NCBI GenBank assembly: GCA_036676395.1
Contig: JAKFCY010000002.1
Location: 2,080,001-2,144,000 of the forward strand
From: Bdellovibrio sp.
GTDB lineage: Bacteria; Bdellovibrionota; Bdellovibrionia; Bdellovibrionales; Bdellovibrionaceae
Reading direction: 5' to 3'
DNA: 64,000 bases
In this document: piece by piece, positions 41,264 to 51,742 of the stretch
How positions within the stretch are numbered: position 1 is the first letter of the stretch
How the letters are laid out: each line of letters starts with the position of its first letter
The notes under the pieces: generated by a model
What the model was told of the DNA's origin: nothing
The model's input: only the letters and a program-made list of their open reading frames with translations
The model's database searches: none
Program-made: the position numbers and the translations under genes

Positions 41264-42796
41264 ATGAAACACGGCTTATTTGTTACTGTTTTGCTTTCTA
41301 CTCTTGTTGCATTTTCTTTTATCGGTTGTGCTGATAACCAAGATAATTCACAGGCACTTTATAGTGCTGCAGATTTTAAAATTTCACGTAGGTTTAATTT
41401 AGTAACGCCGGCATCAACGCCGACCATTCAAGTTTTTAATCAAGCCAATCAGCCGGTAGCTAACGCGCAAGTGTTAATCGGTAAGGCCGTTGGCAACCCT
41501 TTTAAAGATAACTTAAAAATCACTGACAAAAATGGTTTTGTTTCTTTAGCTGACTGGGCTGAAACCACTCATGTTACTGTGAATGCGCAAGGTTACATTC
41601 GCCAAACTTTATTGAATCAAAAACCAGGTGTTTTTCAAATTAAGCTAAATCCAGCTTACCTGACCACCCGCCCGGTGATTAAAGGCCAAGTCACTGGTTT
41701 GCCCGTTAAAGACGGCGATAAAATGATAGATTTTTCTTTGGTGATTCCGACCATCACTAAAGGTGATCTGATGAGTTTTGATTTAGATTCAATCGTAAGC
41801 CCGTTTGACGATGAAATCGATATCATCTTTGGTAAAAAAGCTCAGTTACCAAGTAATGTTTCGCTACCGACACAAAAAGAAAAATATAATTTCTTAATTT
41901 CTTTAACATTATCTAAACCTGAACACCGTGTGTATGCGAACAACTACGGGCAAAAAACTTTCTATGCTTTTTCAGGAAAATTTCCGTTTAAAGAAGTCAT
42001 GGAACAGTTAAATGCAGATAAACAATTTTACGAAGTCTTGAACTCGTTCCAGTTCACGAATGGCAGTATTCGCGAAGTGACTGTGGCCGGGCCATCAACC
42101 GCCTTAAGTATTCCGAGCGGAGAAATTAAGTTCGACGGCGCACAAGCTAATGTTAAGAGTGCCTCAATTCTTCCTGACGAAGTCGTGATGTTACTATCAT
42201 TAAACGATTTAGCTGGCGGAAGATTTGTTCCCTCTGACGTAAAACGTTTAGAAGCAAATCAAGCGGCAAGTCTAAAAACGATCGCCGGCAAGCCGACTTA
42301 TATCGTGAGTTTATTAAAAAAAGCGACTGACTTTGATTCTGCAACTCAGGATGCAGCAAACCGTTCAAGCGCTTCGATGGTGGCTTACAAAGCCGGAATG
42401 CAATCAAGCTTACTTCCACTATTACCTGCAGGGCCGATAGTCACTGATGTCGGTGGCGCTTACAAAATCACGATTCCGCAAGCTTCAAATAAAACTTTAG
42501 ATGCCCAGGCTGTTAACGAATTAGCGGTATCTGTTGCAATTTCAAATATGAATGTGGTTCAGGACGGACAACTGCAAGTTGAAATTCTTGACCGTAAATG
42601 GGAAGTGATCGGCACAGGCTGGCCAGACGAAATCAATTTACCGATTTGGCCTTTAGAAGACCCTGAAGACACTGCCGCCGTGAAACGTAAGTTTGAAGTA
42701 AATTTAATTGGCAGCCAGACTTTAAAACAAACAGACTTAGGTGATGATTTAGTCAAAGCCGCTACGCATGTCACTAAAGGTGCTGCCGATTTGTAA
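41264..42796 (+). CDS. large beta-rich lipoprotein of unknown function
   Basis: ATG 41264 after GAAAGG; lipobox FIGC; QPVANAQVLIG...TDKNG...VNAQGY carboxypeptidase-regulatory-like domain. Confidence 0.7.
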   Translation: MKHGLFVTVLLSTLVAFSFIGCADNQDNSQALYSAADFKISRRFNLVTPASTPTIQVFNQANQPVANAQVLIGKAVGNPFKDNLKITDKNGFVSLADWAETTHVTVNAQGYIRQTLLNQKPGVFQIKLNPAYLTTRPVIKGQVTGLPVKDGDKMIDFSLVIPTITKGDLMSFDLDSIVSPFDDEIDIIFGKKAQLPSNVSLPTQKEKYNFLISLTLSKPEHRVYANNYGQKTFYAFSGKFPFKEVMEQLNADKQFYEVLNSFQFTNGSIREVTVAGPSTALSIPSGEIKFDGAQANVKSASILPDEVVMLLSLNDLAGGRFVPSDVKRLEANQAASLKTIAGKPTYIVSLLKKATDFDSATQDAANRSSASMVAYKAGMQSSLLPLLPAGPIVTDVGGAYKITIPQASNKTLDAQAVNELAVSVAISNMNVVQDGQLQVEILDRKWEVIGTGWPDEINLPIWPLEDPEDTAAVKRKFEVNLIGSQTLKQTDLGDDLVKAATHVTKGAADL

Positions 42797-42812
42797 TGTT
42801 TAGTTTATACTT

Positions 42813-43328
42813 ATGGGTATGAAGTTTTTAAGTTTTATAGTTATCGGATTATTACTTACAGGCCTATTTTCGGGTTGTGGATCACAAGTTCTGCAGCCTG
42901 AAACTACAGATGCGATCATCGAACGCTCTTCTCAACAAAAAATCTATTTTGCTCCTTACGACGAAGTCTGGAAAGCCGCACACTCTGTTCTTAAATACAC
43001 GATTGCTGCTGAAAACCAGGATTTCGGAGTCATTGAAACAGACTACATCAAAGCTGTTGATGGCTGGCTTCCGCCGTTTCGCACAAGACCGCAGTTTCCA
43101 AGTTCACGTTATAAATTAGTTTTAAGTTTTGCCCGCGGCAAAAAAGGTGAAGCCCAAGAAACCGTGCGCCTGACGATTGAAAAGAAAATTGAAGTTTTTA
43201 AAGACTTTATCTCAGAAGTAAAAACTGTTCCAAGTGATGGTTTTGAAGAGAAAACTATTTTTTACCGCATCGAACGCGAATTGATTATCGCTAAAGCTTT
43301 AAGAAAAGCCTCTGAGAATCCTAACTAA
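42813..43328 (+). CDS. lipoprotein, BamC-like domain
   Basis: Lipobox FSGC; YDEVWKA...GVIETDY pattern. Confidence 0.55.
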   Translation: MGMKFLSFIVIGLLLTGLFSGCGSQVLQPETTDAIIERSSQQKIYFAPYDEVWKAAHSVLKYTIAAENQDFGVIETDYIKAVDGWLPPFRTRPQFPSSRYKLVLSFARGKKGEAQETVRLTIEKKIEVFKDFISEVKTVPSDGFEEKTIFYRIERELIIAKALRKASENPN

Positions 43329-43349
43329 GAACTTTTTTTTGCTCTGTAG

Positions 43350-43372
43350 TTTAGCTAACAATGTTAGCTAAA
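43350..43372. terminator. hairpin at a convergent junction
   Basis: TTTAGCTAACA-a-TGTTAGCTAAA. Confidence 0.45.
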
Positions 43373-43997
43373 ACCACTTTTGATCTTTGACGAATTTCTT
43401 CCATGAACCCAGGGCATTTTCACCGTCGAAGTGCACTTGTGAGATTTTTTCTAAGGCTTGCATGCTCATTAAAGAAATTTCAGGATCATTATCAAATAAT
43501 AATTTTGAAAAGTATTCTCTTTCAGATTGATAAGGCTTTTTGACCAGATTTTTCATGATCTGAGCACGAATCCATAAACTTTTTTTGCCAACAAAGTTGT
43601 AATTGCGATTTAATTCTTTAGCTAAAAGATCACGAACTTCCTGGCTTTCTAAGCGGGTTAAAATATCAACCGCTGCCGAACGCACAACTAAGGCCTTGTC
43701 TGACACTAAGGCTTTCGCTTTATCGTAAACTAAATCAGTTCCCATTTTATCTAAGGCGACTAATAAAGCGTTACGCATGTACCAATCTTTGCTTTTAGAA
43801 AATGCAAGAACTTGCTGGATTTGTTTGCCATCTGCGGCTTCTGCCGATTTGATCAGGGCGTCCCAACGTTGAGCCATAGGTAATGCTTGATTTTTTGCGC
43901 GGGCAATCTGAGTTGAGAAATTTTGTTCGTTTTCGTTTTGCACATAAGACCAAACATTCACAGAAAAAAGAAACACTAAAATACTTAATGCTTTCAT
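43368..43997 (-). CDS. secreted HEAT-repeat protein
   Basis: Signal peptide from MKALS; WYMRNALL, DKALVVRSAAV, DNDPEI repeats. Confidence 0.75.
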   Translation of the reverse strand: MKALSILVFLFSVNVWSYVQNENEQNFSTQIARAKNQALPMAQRWDALIKSAEAADGKQIQQVLAFSKSKDWYMRNALLVALDKMGTDLVYDKAKALVSDKALVVRSAAVDILTRLESQEVRDLLAKELNRNYNFVGKKSLWIRAQIMKNLVKKPYQSEREYFSKLLFDNDPEISLMSMQALEKISQVHFDGENALGSWKKFVKDQKWF

Positions 43998-43998
43998 G

Positions 43999-45072
43999 CT
44001 AATCATCATCCTTTGCGAAATGTTTTTCAAATTCGTCTAATAAAATCTTTTCTTCTTTTTTTACATCTTTAGAAACTTCACGGGCCTCGTCGTTATCAAG
44101 ATCCCCTGTTGCGGTTGCTTCTGGCATTAATTCATCTTCTACGACTGAATCCGGAACACTTTCATTCATCATTTCATTTGCCGCAGCAAAGATATCATTT
44201 GGAACATGTGGCTCTTCAGCTGGAGCTGCCGCAACGGCTTCTTCTTCTTCTTCTGCTGCTGCTGCTGCTGCTTCTTCTACAGGTTGTTCTGCTACCGGTT
44301 CTTCAGGCATTTCAGCAGGTGCTGCCGCTACTTCCTCTGTTGTTTCAGGTAACAAATCATCTACATCAGATTTTTTTTCTTCGACCACTTCATCGACTGT
44401 AACTGGTGCAGTTTGCGTAGATTGTTTTGCTAATTGATTTTTAAGATCAATATTTTCTTTTTTGTACTGTTGAAGATCAGCAATGTCTTCAGCGATAATT
44501 TCATAATCAGACAGGCGGTTTTTAAGAGCGTCGATTTCAGTTTCGTAATCAGTAATTTTACTACTTAGATCATTAAGTTTAGCGTCTTGTTGAGCTGTAT
44601 TAACACTTTTTTGCGCTTGGTCTTTAGCATCGATGATTTCATTTTCTTTGCGCTTTAAAGAGTCTTTTAAAGTTGAAATTTCAGCGCGCAAACGACTTAA
44701 CTCAGCCGCTTGTTCAGCACTTACTCCGCCAGCAGGCGCCGCTGTGGCGCCGTCTGTCGCAGCAGCCGCGGCCGTTGCCGGATCACCGGAAAGTGCCGCC
44801 AGGGCCTCGTCGCCTAAGACTTCTCCCATACCTGCGCCATCAGTGGCGGCATTAATAGAAACCTTCATTTGCGATTGCTGTTCTAAAAGTTTATTTAATT
44901 TTTCTTCTAATTGAGCATAGGTCACGTTTTTAGCGCTAACGCCATCAGCCGCAGCTTCTGCAGCGAATAACAGACGAAAAATAAGAAATACGATCAGCAG
45001 CGCAACAACAGCAGCGAGTGACTGAATTACCAGTGTATTATGCGATGCAAACCAGTCTAAGAAAATGGCCAT
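43999..45072 (-). CDS. single-TM coiled-coil protein with an acidic disordered tail
   Basis: TM LAAVVALLIVFLIFRLLF, coiled coil, E/A/P-rich C-terminus; start ATG 45072 preferred. Confidence 0.75.
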   Translation of the reverse strand: MAIFLDWFASHNTLVIQSLAAVVALLIVFLIFRLLFAAEAAADGVSAKNVTYAQLEEKLNKLLEQQSQMKVSINAATDGAGMGEVLGDEALAALSGDPATAAAAATDGATAAPAGGVSAEQAAELSRLRAEISTLKDSLKRKENEIIDAKDQAQKSVNTAQQDAKLNDLSSKITDYETEIDALKNRLSDYEIIAEDIADLQQYKKENIDLKNQLAKQSTQTAPVTVDEVVEEKKSDVDDLLPETTEEVAAAPAEMPEEPVAEQPVEEAAAAAAEEEEEAVAAAPAEEPHVPNDIFAAANEMMNESVPDSVVEDELMPEATATGDLDNDEAREVSKDVKKEEKILLDEFEKHFAKDDD

Positions 45073-45186
45073 ATTTATATCATCAAGTAAGGCGAATCTG
45101 ATTGCAATGAAGCCCATCATCACTTGATTGAAATATGACTCTGGTCTAGCTAGACCCACAGCCAGGGTTAGTGCTATAACCATTTA

Positions 45187-46524
45187 ATGACGTACGATCT
45201 TATTATTAAAAATGCAGAAATTGTGACTTTTTCAGAAACACAAAACCAAATGATTCAAGAGCGTACCGACATCGCTGTAACCAACGGAAAGATCACTTAC
45301 TTAGGAACATTAACAAATCAGCTGGCTAAAAAAACAATTGATGCCACTCATCTTACGGTATTACCAGGAGTCATCGATTCACAGGTGCATTTTCGCGAAC
45401 CGGGCTTAACACATAAAGAAGATATCGAGTCTGGCTCACGCGCCGCTATTTTAGGTGGAGTCACAACTTACTTTGAAATGCCGAATACAAACCCTCCGAC
45501 AACAACTAAAGAATTGTTTGAGAATAAACTAAAAATCGCTGCAGAAAAATCTTCAGCCAATTACGCTTTTTTTATCGGCGGCAGTTCTGAAAATGTTGAT
45601 CAGTTGCCAATGCTTGAAAATCTTCCGCACTGTTCAGGCATTAAAATATTCTTAGGCAGCTCTTTCGGAAATCTTTTAATTGATCAAGACGAATTGTTCG
45701 AAAAAATTATTAAGAACGGAAAACGCCGTTTAGTGATTCACGCCGAAGATGAAGCGCGCTTAAAAGAACGCAAACAAATTGCCATTGATGCAGCCAATGC
45801 AAATGTGCACCACATCTGGCGCGATGAAGAAAGTGCACTGATCGCCACTAAAAAATCTGTACACTTTGCTGAAAAACATAATCGCTTAATTCATATCTTG
45901 CATATTTCATCTAGCGAAGAGATGGCTTTTTTACGCGAGCACAAACGCTGTGCTACGGTAGAAATATTACCCCAGTATTTAACCTTATCTGCTCCTGAAT
46001 GTTACGAACGTTTAGGATCATTATGGCAGCAAAATCCGCCAATTCGCGATAAACGTCATATGGAATTTTTATGGAAAGCTTTATTAGATGGAACCGTTGA
46101 TGTGATCGGCTCAGATCATGCGCCGCACACATTAGAAGAAAAAGCTAAGCCCTACCCGAGTTCTCCATCGGGTGTTCCGGGGGTGCAAACATTAGTGCCG
46201 CTGATGTTAGATCAGGTTCACCAGAAAAAACTTCCGCTAAAAAAGTTTGTTGAATTAGTCACAGAAAATCCGCGCAAAGTTTTTAATCTAAAAGACAAGG
46301 GTCGTATACAAGTTGGTTATGATGCTGATTTTACAATTGTTGATTTAAAAAGAACTCAAGTTGTAGAAAAAAAATGGCTCGCCTCAAAAACCGGTTGGTC
46401 GCCGTTTGAAGGAATGTCTTTTACAGGTTGGCCTATAATGACATTGTTAAATGGTGAAGTTGTTGTTGAAGAACAAACTTTACTAAAACCACGCCAAGGT
46501 AAAGCTTGTGACTTCAACGTCTAA
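45187..46524 (+). CDS. pyrC: dihydroorotase
   Basis: PGVIDSQVHFREPG, EMPNT, NPPIR, GSDHAPH. Confidence 0.9.
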   Translation: MTYDLIIKNAEIVTFSETQNQMIQERTDIAVTNGKITYLGTLTNQLAKKTIDATHLTVLPGVIDSQVHFREPGLTHKEDIESGSRAAILGGVTTYFEMPNTNPPTTTKELFENKLKIAAEKSSANYAFFIGGSSENVDQLPMLENLPHCSGIKIFLGSSFGNLLIDQDELFEKIIKNGKRRLVIHAEDEARLKERKQIAIDAANANVHHIWRDEESALIATKKSVHFAEKHNRLIHILHISSSEEMAFLREHKRCATVEILPQYLTLSAPECYERLGSLWQQNPPIRDKRHMEFLWKALLDGTVDVIGSDHAPHTLEEKAKPYPSSPSGVPGVQTLVPLMLDQVHQKKLPLKKFVELVTENPRKVFNLKDKGRIQVGYDADFTIVDLKRTQVVEKKWLASKTGWSPFEGMSFTGWPIMTLLNGEVVVEEQTLLKPRQGKACDFNV

Positions 46525-47101
46525 GCAAACGCCCAAGGCGCAAGCTCTTTCATTATTACTTGGTGGTTTACTTCCGGTCATTGCCTATACCGTGATCGAA
46601 GAAAAGTACGGGCCAAAATATGGCCTTATCGCCGGCCTTATTTTAGGTGGTGGCGAAATAATCTATGAACTTGTGCGCTATAAAAAAGTAAGCACAACCA
46701 CCTGGATCGGAAACGGTTTACTTTTAGGATTAGGTTCAATTTCACTATTTTTTAACGATGGTATCTGGTTCAAACTGCAACCAGCTATGATAGAATTTGG
46801 AATGTTTGGTTTCTTATTGGGGTCATGGGCTTTAAAAAAACCGTTCTTACAAATTATGGCCGAAAAACAAAATCCTCATATGCCACCGCTGTTAAAAAAC
46901 AACCTGAGTGGTATTACGTTACGTTTATCGTTTTTCTTTTTAGCGCATGCGATGATCGCAACATATGCGGCCTTTTATTGGTCGACCGAAGCTTGGGCTT
47001 ACTTAAAAGGCCTTGGTCTTTTTGTTTCGATGATTGTTTATATGGCGTTCGAAATGTTTTTTATCCGTTACAAAATAAAAAAAGGCCAGTCCGAAGACTG
47101 A
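46508..47101 (+). CDS. intracellular septation protein A family (YciB/IspZ)
   Basis: Multi-TM; FNDGIWFKLQPA, STEAWAYLKGLG. Confidence 0.8.
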   Translation: MTSTSKQTPKAQALSLLLGGLLPVIAYTVIEEKYGPKYGLIAGLILGGGEIIYELVRYKKVSTTTWIGNGLLLGLGSISLFFNDGIWFKLQPAMIEFGMFGFLLGSWALKKPFLQIMAEKQNPHMPPLLKNNLSGITLRLSFFFLAHAMIATYAAFYWSTEAWAYLKGLGLFVSMIVYMAFEMFFIRYKIKKGQSED

Positions 47102-47108
47102 CCTTTTT
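47077..47108. terminator. bidirectional terminator (GCCAGTC stem family)
   Basis: AAAAGGCCAGTC-cgaa-GACTGACCTTTTT. Confidence 0.65.
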
Positions 47109-47145
47109 CATTATGAAGTTTTAACTTCTATCTGCCAGAGGCAAA

Positions 47146-47751
47146 TTAGTTACAACGACGTAATTGGAAGTGGTATAACATACCAGCGCTGATGTCGATA
47201 GAATCAACGATCATCATTGTTTGTTCCATTCTTGAATTTGACATAGATGTCGCAGAAGCATTGATCGAGAAGATCACTTCTTTAGAACATGCAGACCAAA
47301 TTAAGTTAGTTGCGATAAGTTTGTTAGTGATTTGGAAAGAGTCAGCTTGTGGACCTTTAAAACGTTTGTTGAAAACAGGACCACGTGAACCAGCGTAGAA
47401 GTATTCAGCGCGGAAATCATTGTATGCGCCAGCACCTGGAATCGCATTGAAACCACGGTAATCAACACCAATTAAAGCTACAGAGTAACCGTTTGGAACA
47501 CGTACTGGAACGCGTAAGTTACAAGATTTGCGGTCTACGCGGCGACCTGTAGTGTTACCCGCTTCAGCTGCGAAACTGTCGAATAATACTGACATAGTTT
47601 GACCATCACCAGTTACAGTGATTGAAGCAGATCCAGCTGGACAACCGTTACCGCCGTAAGCTGGTTCGCCAAGGCTGATTCTAGAAGCCTCTGCAGATGC
47701 AGTAGCCATAAGGATTGCTGATAATACTAGCAATGATTTGAATGCGTTCAT
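47146..47751 (-). CDS. DUF4360 family secreted protein
   Basis: YGGNGCPAGS, SVLFDSF, RKSCNL, DYRGF; ATG 47751 after AAGGGG. Confidence 0.85.
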   Translation of the reverse strand: MNAFKSLLVLSAILMATASAEASRISLGEPAYGGNGCPAGSASITVTGDGQTMSVLFDSFAAEAGNTTGRRVDRKSCNLRVPVRVPNGYSVALIGVDYRGFNAIPGAGAYNDFRAEYFYAGSRGPVFNKRFKGPQADSFQITNKLIATNLIWSACSKEVIFSINASATSMSNSRMEQTMMIVDSIDISAGMLYHFQLRRCN

Positions 47752-47828
47752 GTAATTCCCCTTTTGAAATCGCGCTTTGCGATTGTTAGTGTTTTTGGAC
47801 GACAAATGTCATCGACGAAGAACACTAA

Positions 47829-47844
47829 AGCAAAGGGTCTGCCA
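47829..47844 (-). promoter_or_regulatory. sigma54-type promoter
   Basis: TGGCAGACCCTTTGCT, near consensus TGGCAC-N5-TTGCW. Confidence 0.7.
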
Positions 47845-47969
47845 AACTTAATGAGGTCAAAAAGACACTGAATTATTTATATGAAGAAACCGCAACTATT
47901 ATGTTACGGCATTTGTAAGACATTTTCATTTATGAAAAAGTGAAATTATTTTTTCAGATTTTATTTCAA

Positions 47970-50900
47970 TTAGGGAATTTCTCTAAACTCTACAACTGAA
48001 CCTGCATAGATAGTTAAACTTCCTCCACTACTTTGCGCCAGCGCTAATTGAACAGTTCCAGCAGCGCTGGCTACAATGATACCTTCTGCTTGGGCATAGT
48101 TGATACCTGAAGGTGTACTTGTTGCCGCAGTAAATGTATCTGCCGAAGTATCAACTGTTCCAGCAGCGATGAAACCAGTACCTGCTGCTGTGGTCGCTGG
48201 CACACTATACAGTACCGAATATACCGTAGCACCGGGATGACTTATTCGCGCGCGCAAACCACGAGATGTAGCGCTTGTCGCATAGAGAATATTAAATTTG
48301 AATTTATAAGTTTTTCCACTCTCAACTGGAAAGCTCATTGAATTTGTATAAGTAGTGCCGTTAATTGATTGGTCAGCTGTAAGTTTTAACGATCTCGGGA
48401 ATCCTGTCGTCGCCACCCAATCTGTACCATTGTAAACTAAGGCTTGTCCAGATACTGGAGCAGTTGCATCTACATTCACGCCTCTGATTTTTTCAACAGA
48501 TAATGAACTACTTCCTGCTGTTGAAGACACATCACCTGTAAACGCTGGTAAACGTGCTGTTGCTAAAGTACCCGTTGCACTCGCTGATCCTAAATCAAGA
48601 GAACTTACAATTGCAAATCCACCTAATCCTAAATTTGCACGCGCAGATACTACGTCTAATAAATCAGATAAGTTATTTGATCTTACTACCGTCGTTGCAC
48701 TATTTGCCGGAGCAAAACCTAGCACTTGTTCAACTGATGCTACAGACGAAGTAATTTTATTATTAAAAGTTGCCCAATCTGTTCCAGATAAATAACCGCT
48801 TACTGAACCTGTTGCTTGGGGGATTGATAATATTGGAGCACTGCCACCTGTCGTTTGCATCGGCGCAGTTACAGCTACACTTGATACGATTCCTGTCGAA
48901 CCGCTATCAGTCGCACATGACCAAACTGTACCGTTAAATGTTAAATACTGAGTTGCGGTACATGTTGGAACTGCACGATTGATAATGTTTGCGCCGTTGT
49001 ATTGCAAAATATGATTACTGGCGATTGCTGAAAAGCTTGTGCCTACGCCTTGAATTTTTGTCACAGTAACACTTGAAGCAATTCCAGAAATATCACCAGA
49101 TACCGCAATGCTTTGACAGGCAAATAATGAGCTTACGCTATTCCAGTACATTGATTGACCTGCGGCACAACTTGCACCAGCCACATAAGTATTAAAACTT
49201 GTTTCTGATAATGAGTCTGCATCATTAGCCGGCGTATAACCTAACGCTGCAACCACTGCAGCACTTGTTGCAGAAACTTTATTATTAAATGTTGTCCAAT
49301 CAGCACTTGCTAAATAACCGTTAGTTGAAGCGTCAGCCTGCATGATGGATATAGTTGGCGTTGAACCACCCGTTGAAGAAATTGGTGCAGTTACTGAAAT
49401 ACTAGTAATGGCTCCACCGCCACCGGCATCAGCCGCACATGACCAAGCTGTTCCATTAAAAGTTAAATATTCACCAACGCCGCAAGTTGGAATCGCGCGG
49501 TTCACAAAATTTGAACCGTTGTATTGCATAATCTGATTATTTGCTAAAGCCGCAAAGCTTACGCCCACACCTTGTACTTTTGTGACTGTAGCGTTTGAAA
49601 CGATTCCAGAAATATCGCCTGAAACTAAAATGTTTTGGCAGGTAAATTCACTGCTTACACTGTTCCAGTACATTGTTTGGCCCGCGGTACAGCTTGCTGG
49701 TGCAACGTAGGCATTAAAAGCACTTTGTTGTAAAGCTCCGGCTATACGGGCATCATCACCGGCAGCTAAAGTCCCTGCGGTTGTTCCGATACTCATTGTT
49801 GCTGCTTCGGTTAATCCTAAATTGGTACGTGCCACAGTGGCAGAAACTAAATCGCCTAAATTATTACTTTTCGTAAGTACGACAGCAGCGTCAGCGGGCG
49901 CGTAACCTAAAGCCGCAATAATTGATGCACTCGTTGCACTACTGGCTCCAGGAATCCAAGATAAATTACCGTTACCATCTGTTTGCAAAACTTCACCAAC
50001 ACTACCATCTGAAGTTGGTAACACTAACATATAATCTGCAAATGTATTTGGAGCTTTAAGACGAACACTATTCGTGTTTGATCCTTCGAATAAATAAATA
50101 TTTTGCGTTGAGTTGTTTGTCGCTAATAAATTAACTGCAATTAAGCTTCCGCTGGCGTCACGTCTTGCGATTGTGCTTACTGTTGGCATTGCAGTAGATG
50201 AAGTTATATCTGTTACGGCTGTTGCTACTGCTGCTGCGGATTTTCCGCCAACTGAAGATACAACTGTTGCTGAAACATTACCTGTGACATCACCTAATAA
50301 CGACGTTGCACTTGTTACTGCTCCAATAGTCGCCGCATTTAAAACGACCGCGCCTGTCTGGCCATTCACACTGCTAACTGGTGCGCTTGCTGAAAAAGTC
50401 ATCGGCACATATTGCGAACCATCATAAGCTAACACCTGGCCAGAGGCTGGAGCCGTTGCAGCAACGACAACTCCGCGAATTGAGCTCACAACTGTTGCTG
50501 ACATTGTACCATTCACATCCCCGGTCAAATTTCCGGTAAAGTTGGTGGCATTCATTGCGGTAGTTGCTGTTACAGCATTGTCTGCGCTACCATTATCAGC
50601 GATATTTTTTAATTTATTAAATTTTGTCGGGTTTGCAAAGATGTCTTCTAAATTAGATTGGCTTAAAGACGTTGAACTATTTTGTACTAGGATATCAGCG
50701 GCGGCTTTACCACCTACTGACTCGGCGTGAATTGCATAAGGTGTCGCACGTTGAATAAAATCAACAATAATCGGAGTGCCAAGATCTGTAGTGCTTATGC
50801 GAATAACACGCGTGTCTGTTGCAGCCGGAATATAAGTTTGGTTTAACAGCCCTGGGTTGTTATCTAGATCCACACAGTCTAAACCACTTTTATTAGTTGA

Positions 50901-51191
50901 GTTATCATACACTTGGGTAAGCGTAAGATTTGGGTCATCACCGCCGCGTAAACCAGTTCCTAACGCTAACGAAACCGAACCACTAACTACTGTTTGATTT
51001 GAAAAAGCCTCTTCACGTAAAACACAGCCATCATTTGGAGTTAAAATTCGAACCGTAAGAGTAACACCGGTCGCATCAGGATAAACACCAGCTGGATTTT
51101 TTAATTTTAACTGAATTGGCACACCCATCTCAACAGCATGCGAAAAAGTAGCAAACAATATTATAAAAATAATATTTAAGAATTTATTCAT
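47970..51191 (-). CDS. secreted phage-tail-fibre-like adhesin (MAT-like), 1073 aa
   Basis: Divergent version of the shared N-terminus (CVLREE, TPYAI); duplicated CxAGQxMYWNSVSS / NRAxPTC modules; beta-sandwich-like C-terminal tip. Confidence 0.82.
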   Translation of the reverse strand: MNKFLNIIFIILFATFSHAVEMGVPIQLKLKNPAGVYPDATGVTLTVRILTPNDGCVLREEAFSNQTVVSGSVSLALGTGLRGGDDPNLTLTQVYDNSTNKSGLDCVDLDNNPGLLNQTYIPAATDTRVIRISTTDLGTPIIVDFIQRATPYAIHAESVGGKAAADILVQNSSTSLSQSNLEDIFANPTKFNKLKNIADNGSADNAVTATTAMNATNFTGNLTGDVNGTMSATVVSSIRGVVVAATAPASGQVLAYDGSQYVPMTFSASAPVSSVNGQTGAVVLNAATIGAVTSATSLLGDVTGNVSATVVSSVGGKSAAAVATAVTDITSSTAMPTVSTIARRDASGSLIAVNLLATNNSTQNIYLFEGSNTNSVRLKAPNTFADYMLVLPTSDGSVGEVLQTDGNGNLSWIPGASSATSASIIAALGYAPADAAVVLTKSNNLGDLVSATVARTNLGLTEAATMSIGTTAGTLAAGDDARIAGALQQSAFNAYVAPASCTAGQTMYWNSVSSEFTCQNILVSGDISGIVSNATVTKVQGVGVSFAALANNQIMQYNGSNFVNRAIPTCGVGEYLTFNGTAWSCAADAGGGGAITSISVTAPISSTGGSTPTISIMQADASTNGYLASADWTTFNNKVSATSAAVVAALGYTPANDADSLSETSFNTYVAGASCAAGQSMYWNSVSSLFACQSIAVSGDISGIASSVTVTKIQGVGTSFSAIASNHILQYNGANIINRAVPTCTATQYLTFNGTVWSCATDSGSTGIVSSVAVTAPMQTTGGSAPILSIPQATGSVSGYLSGTDWATFNNKITSSVASVEQVLGFAPANSATTVVRSNNLSDLLDVVSARANLGLGGFAIVSSLDLGSASATGTLATARLPAFTGDVSSTAGSSSLSVEKIRGVNVDATAPVSGQALVYNGTDWVATTGFPRSLKLTADQSINGTTYTNSMSFPVESGKTYKFKFNILYATSATSRGLRARISHPGATVYSVLYSVPATTAAGTGFIAAGTVDTSADTFTAATSTPSGINYAQAEGIIVASAAGTVQLALAQSSGGSLTIYAGSVVEFREIP

Positions 51192-51438
51192 ATTTTACTT
51201 CTACAGTCCAACCATTAGATAAGGTCTTTTGTTCTACCGGATCGGTGTTATCATGCGAAATTTGCCAATTATTGGAAGTTATTATCATTTCTCCATACCT
51301 CACACTGTCTTGTGCAGTTGTGGTCGGCGTTGCAGACACAGGTGCAACAACAGCCCCCGGAGCAAACCCAGAGGCTGCACCCGGGCCGGTACAAGCAACT
51401 AAAAGTAGAATTGGAAATAATATTAAAACAATCTTCAT
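51184..51438 (-). CDS. 84-aa lipoprotein coupled to the fibre gene
   Basis: Lipobox LVAC; AGGA RBS; stop overlaps the fibre start. Confidence 0.7.
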   Translation of the reverse strand: MKIVLILFPILLLVACTGPGAASGFAPGAVVAPVSATPTTTAQDSVRYGEMIITSNNWQISHDNTDPVEQKTLSNGWTVEVKYE

Positions 51439-51595
51439 CAGCTAACGTCCTAAATATAAAGCCTAACTAATTTGTTTAAATATTTAAAGCTTTTTAACTG
51501 ACATCAATTAACATCTCGTACCATAGTCATGGAATTTACTCTGAGACACACGACTAGAGTAGCGTCTAGGCAGGTTTTTGCATCTTTCAATTGCC

Positions 51596-51610
51596 GTCTT
51601 ATTGTGTGAT
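51596..51610. promoter_or_regulatory. degenerate RTCTCA-N3-TGAGAY site
   Basis: GTCTTA-ttg-TGTGAT; further TGAGAC half site at 51542. Confidence 0.35.
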
Positions 51611-51742
51611 TTAAATTAATTCATATGATTGAATGAGCAAGTTCTTAACCGTTGTATTTTTAACTGTCCCCAGACGTTAGCTGAGTAGATATTAAGAAGC
51701 TCTTCATAATGTGTTTGAGATTTAAAATGCACTCACAGAGTG

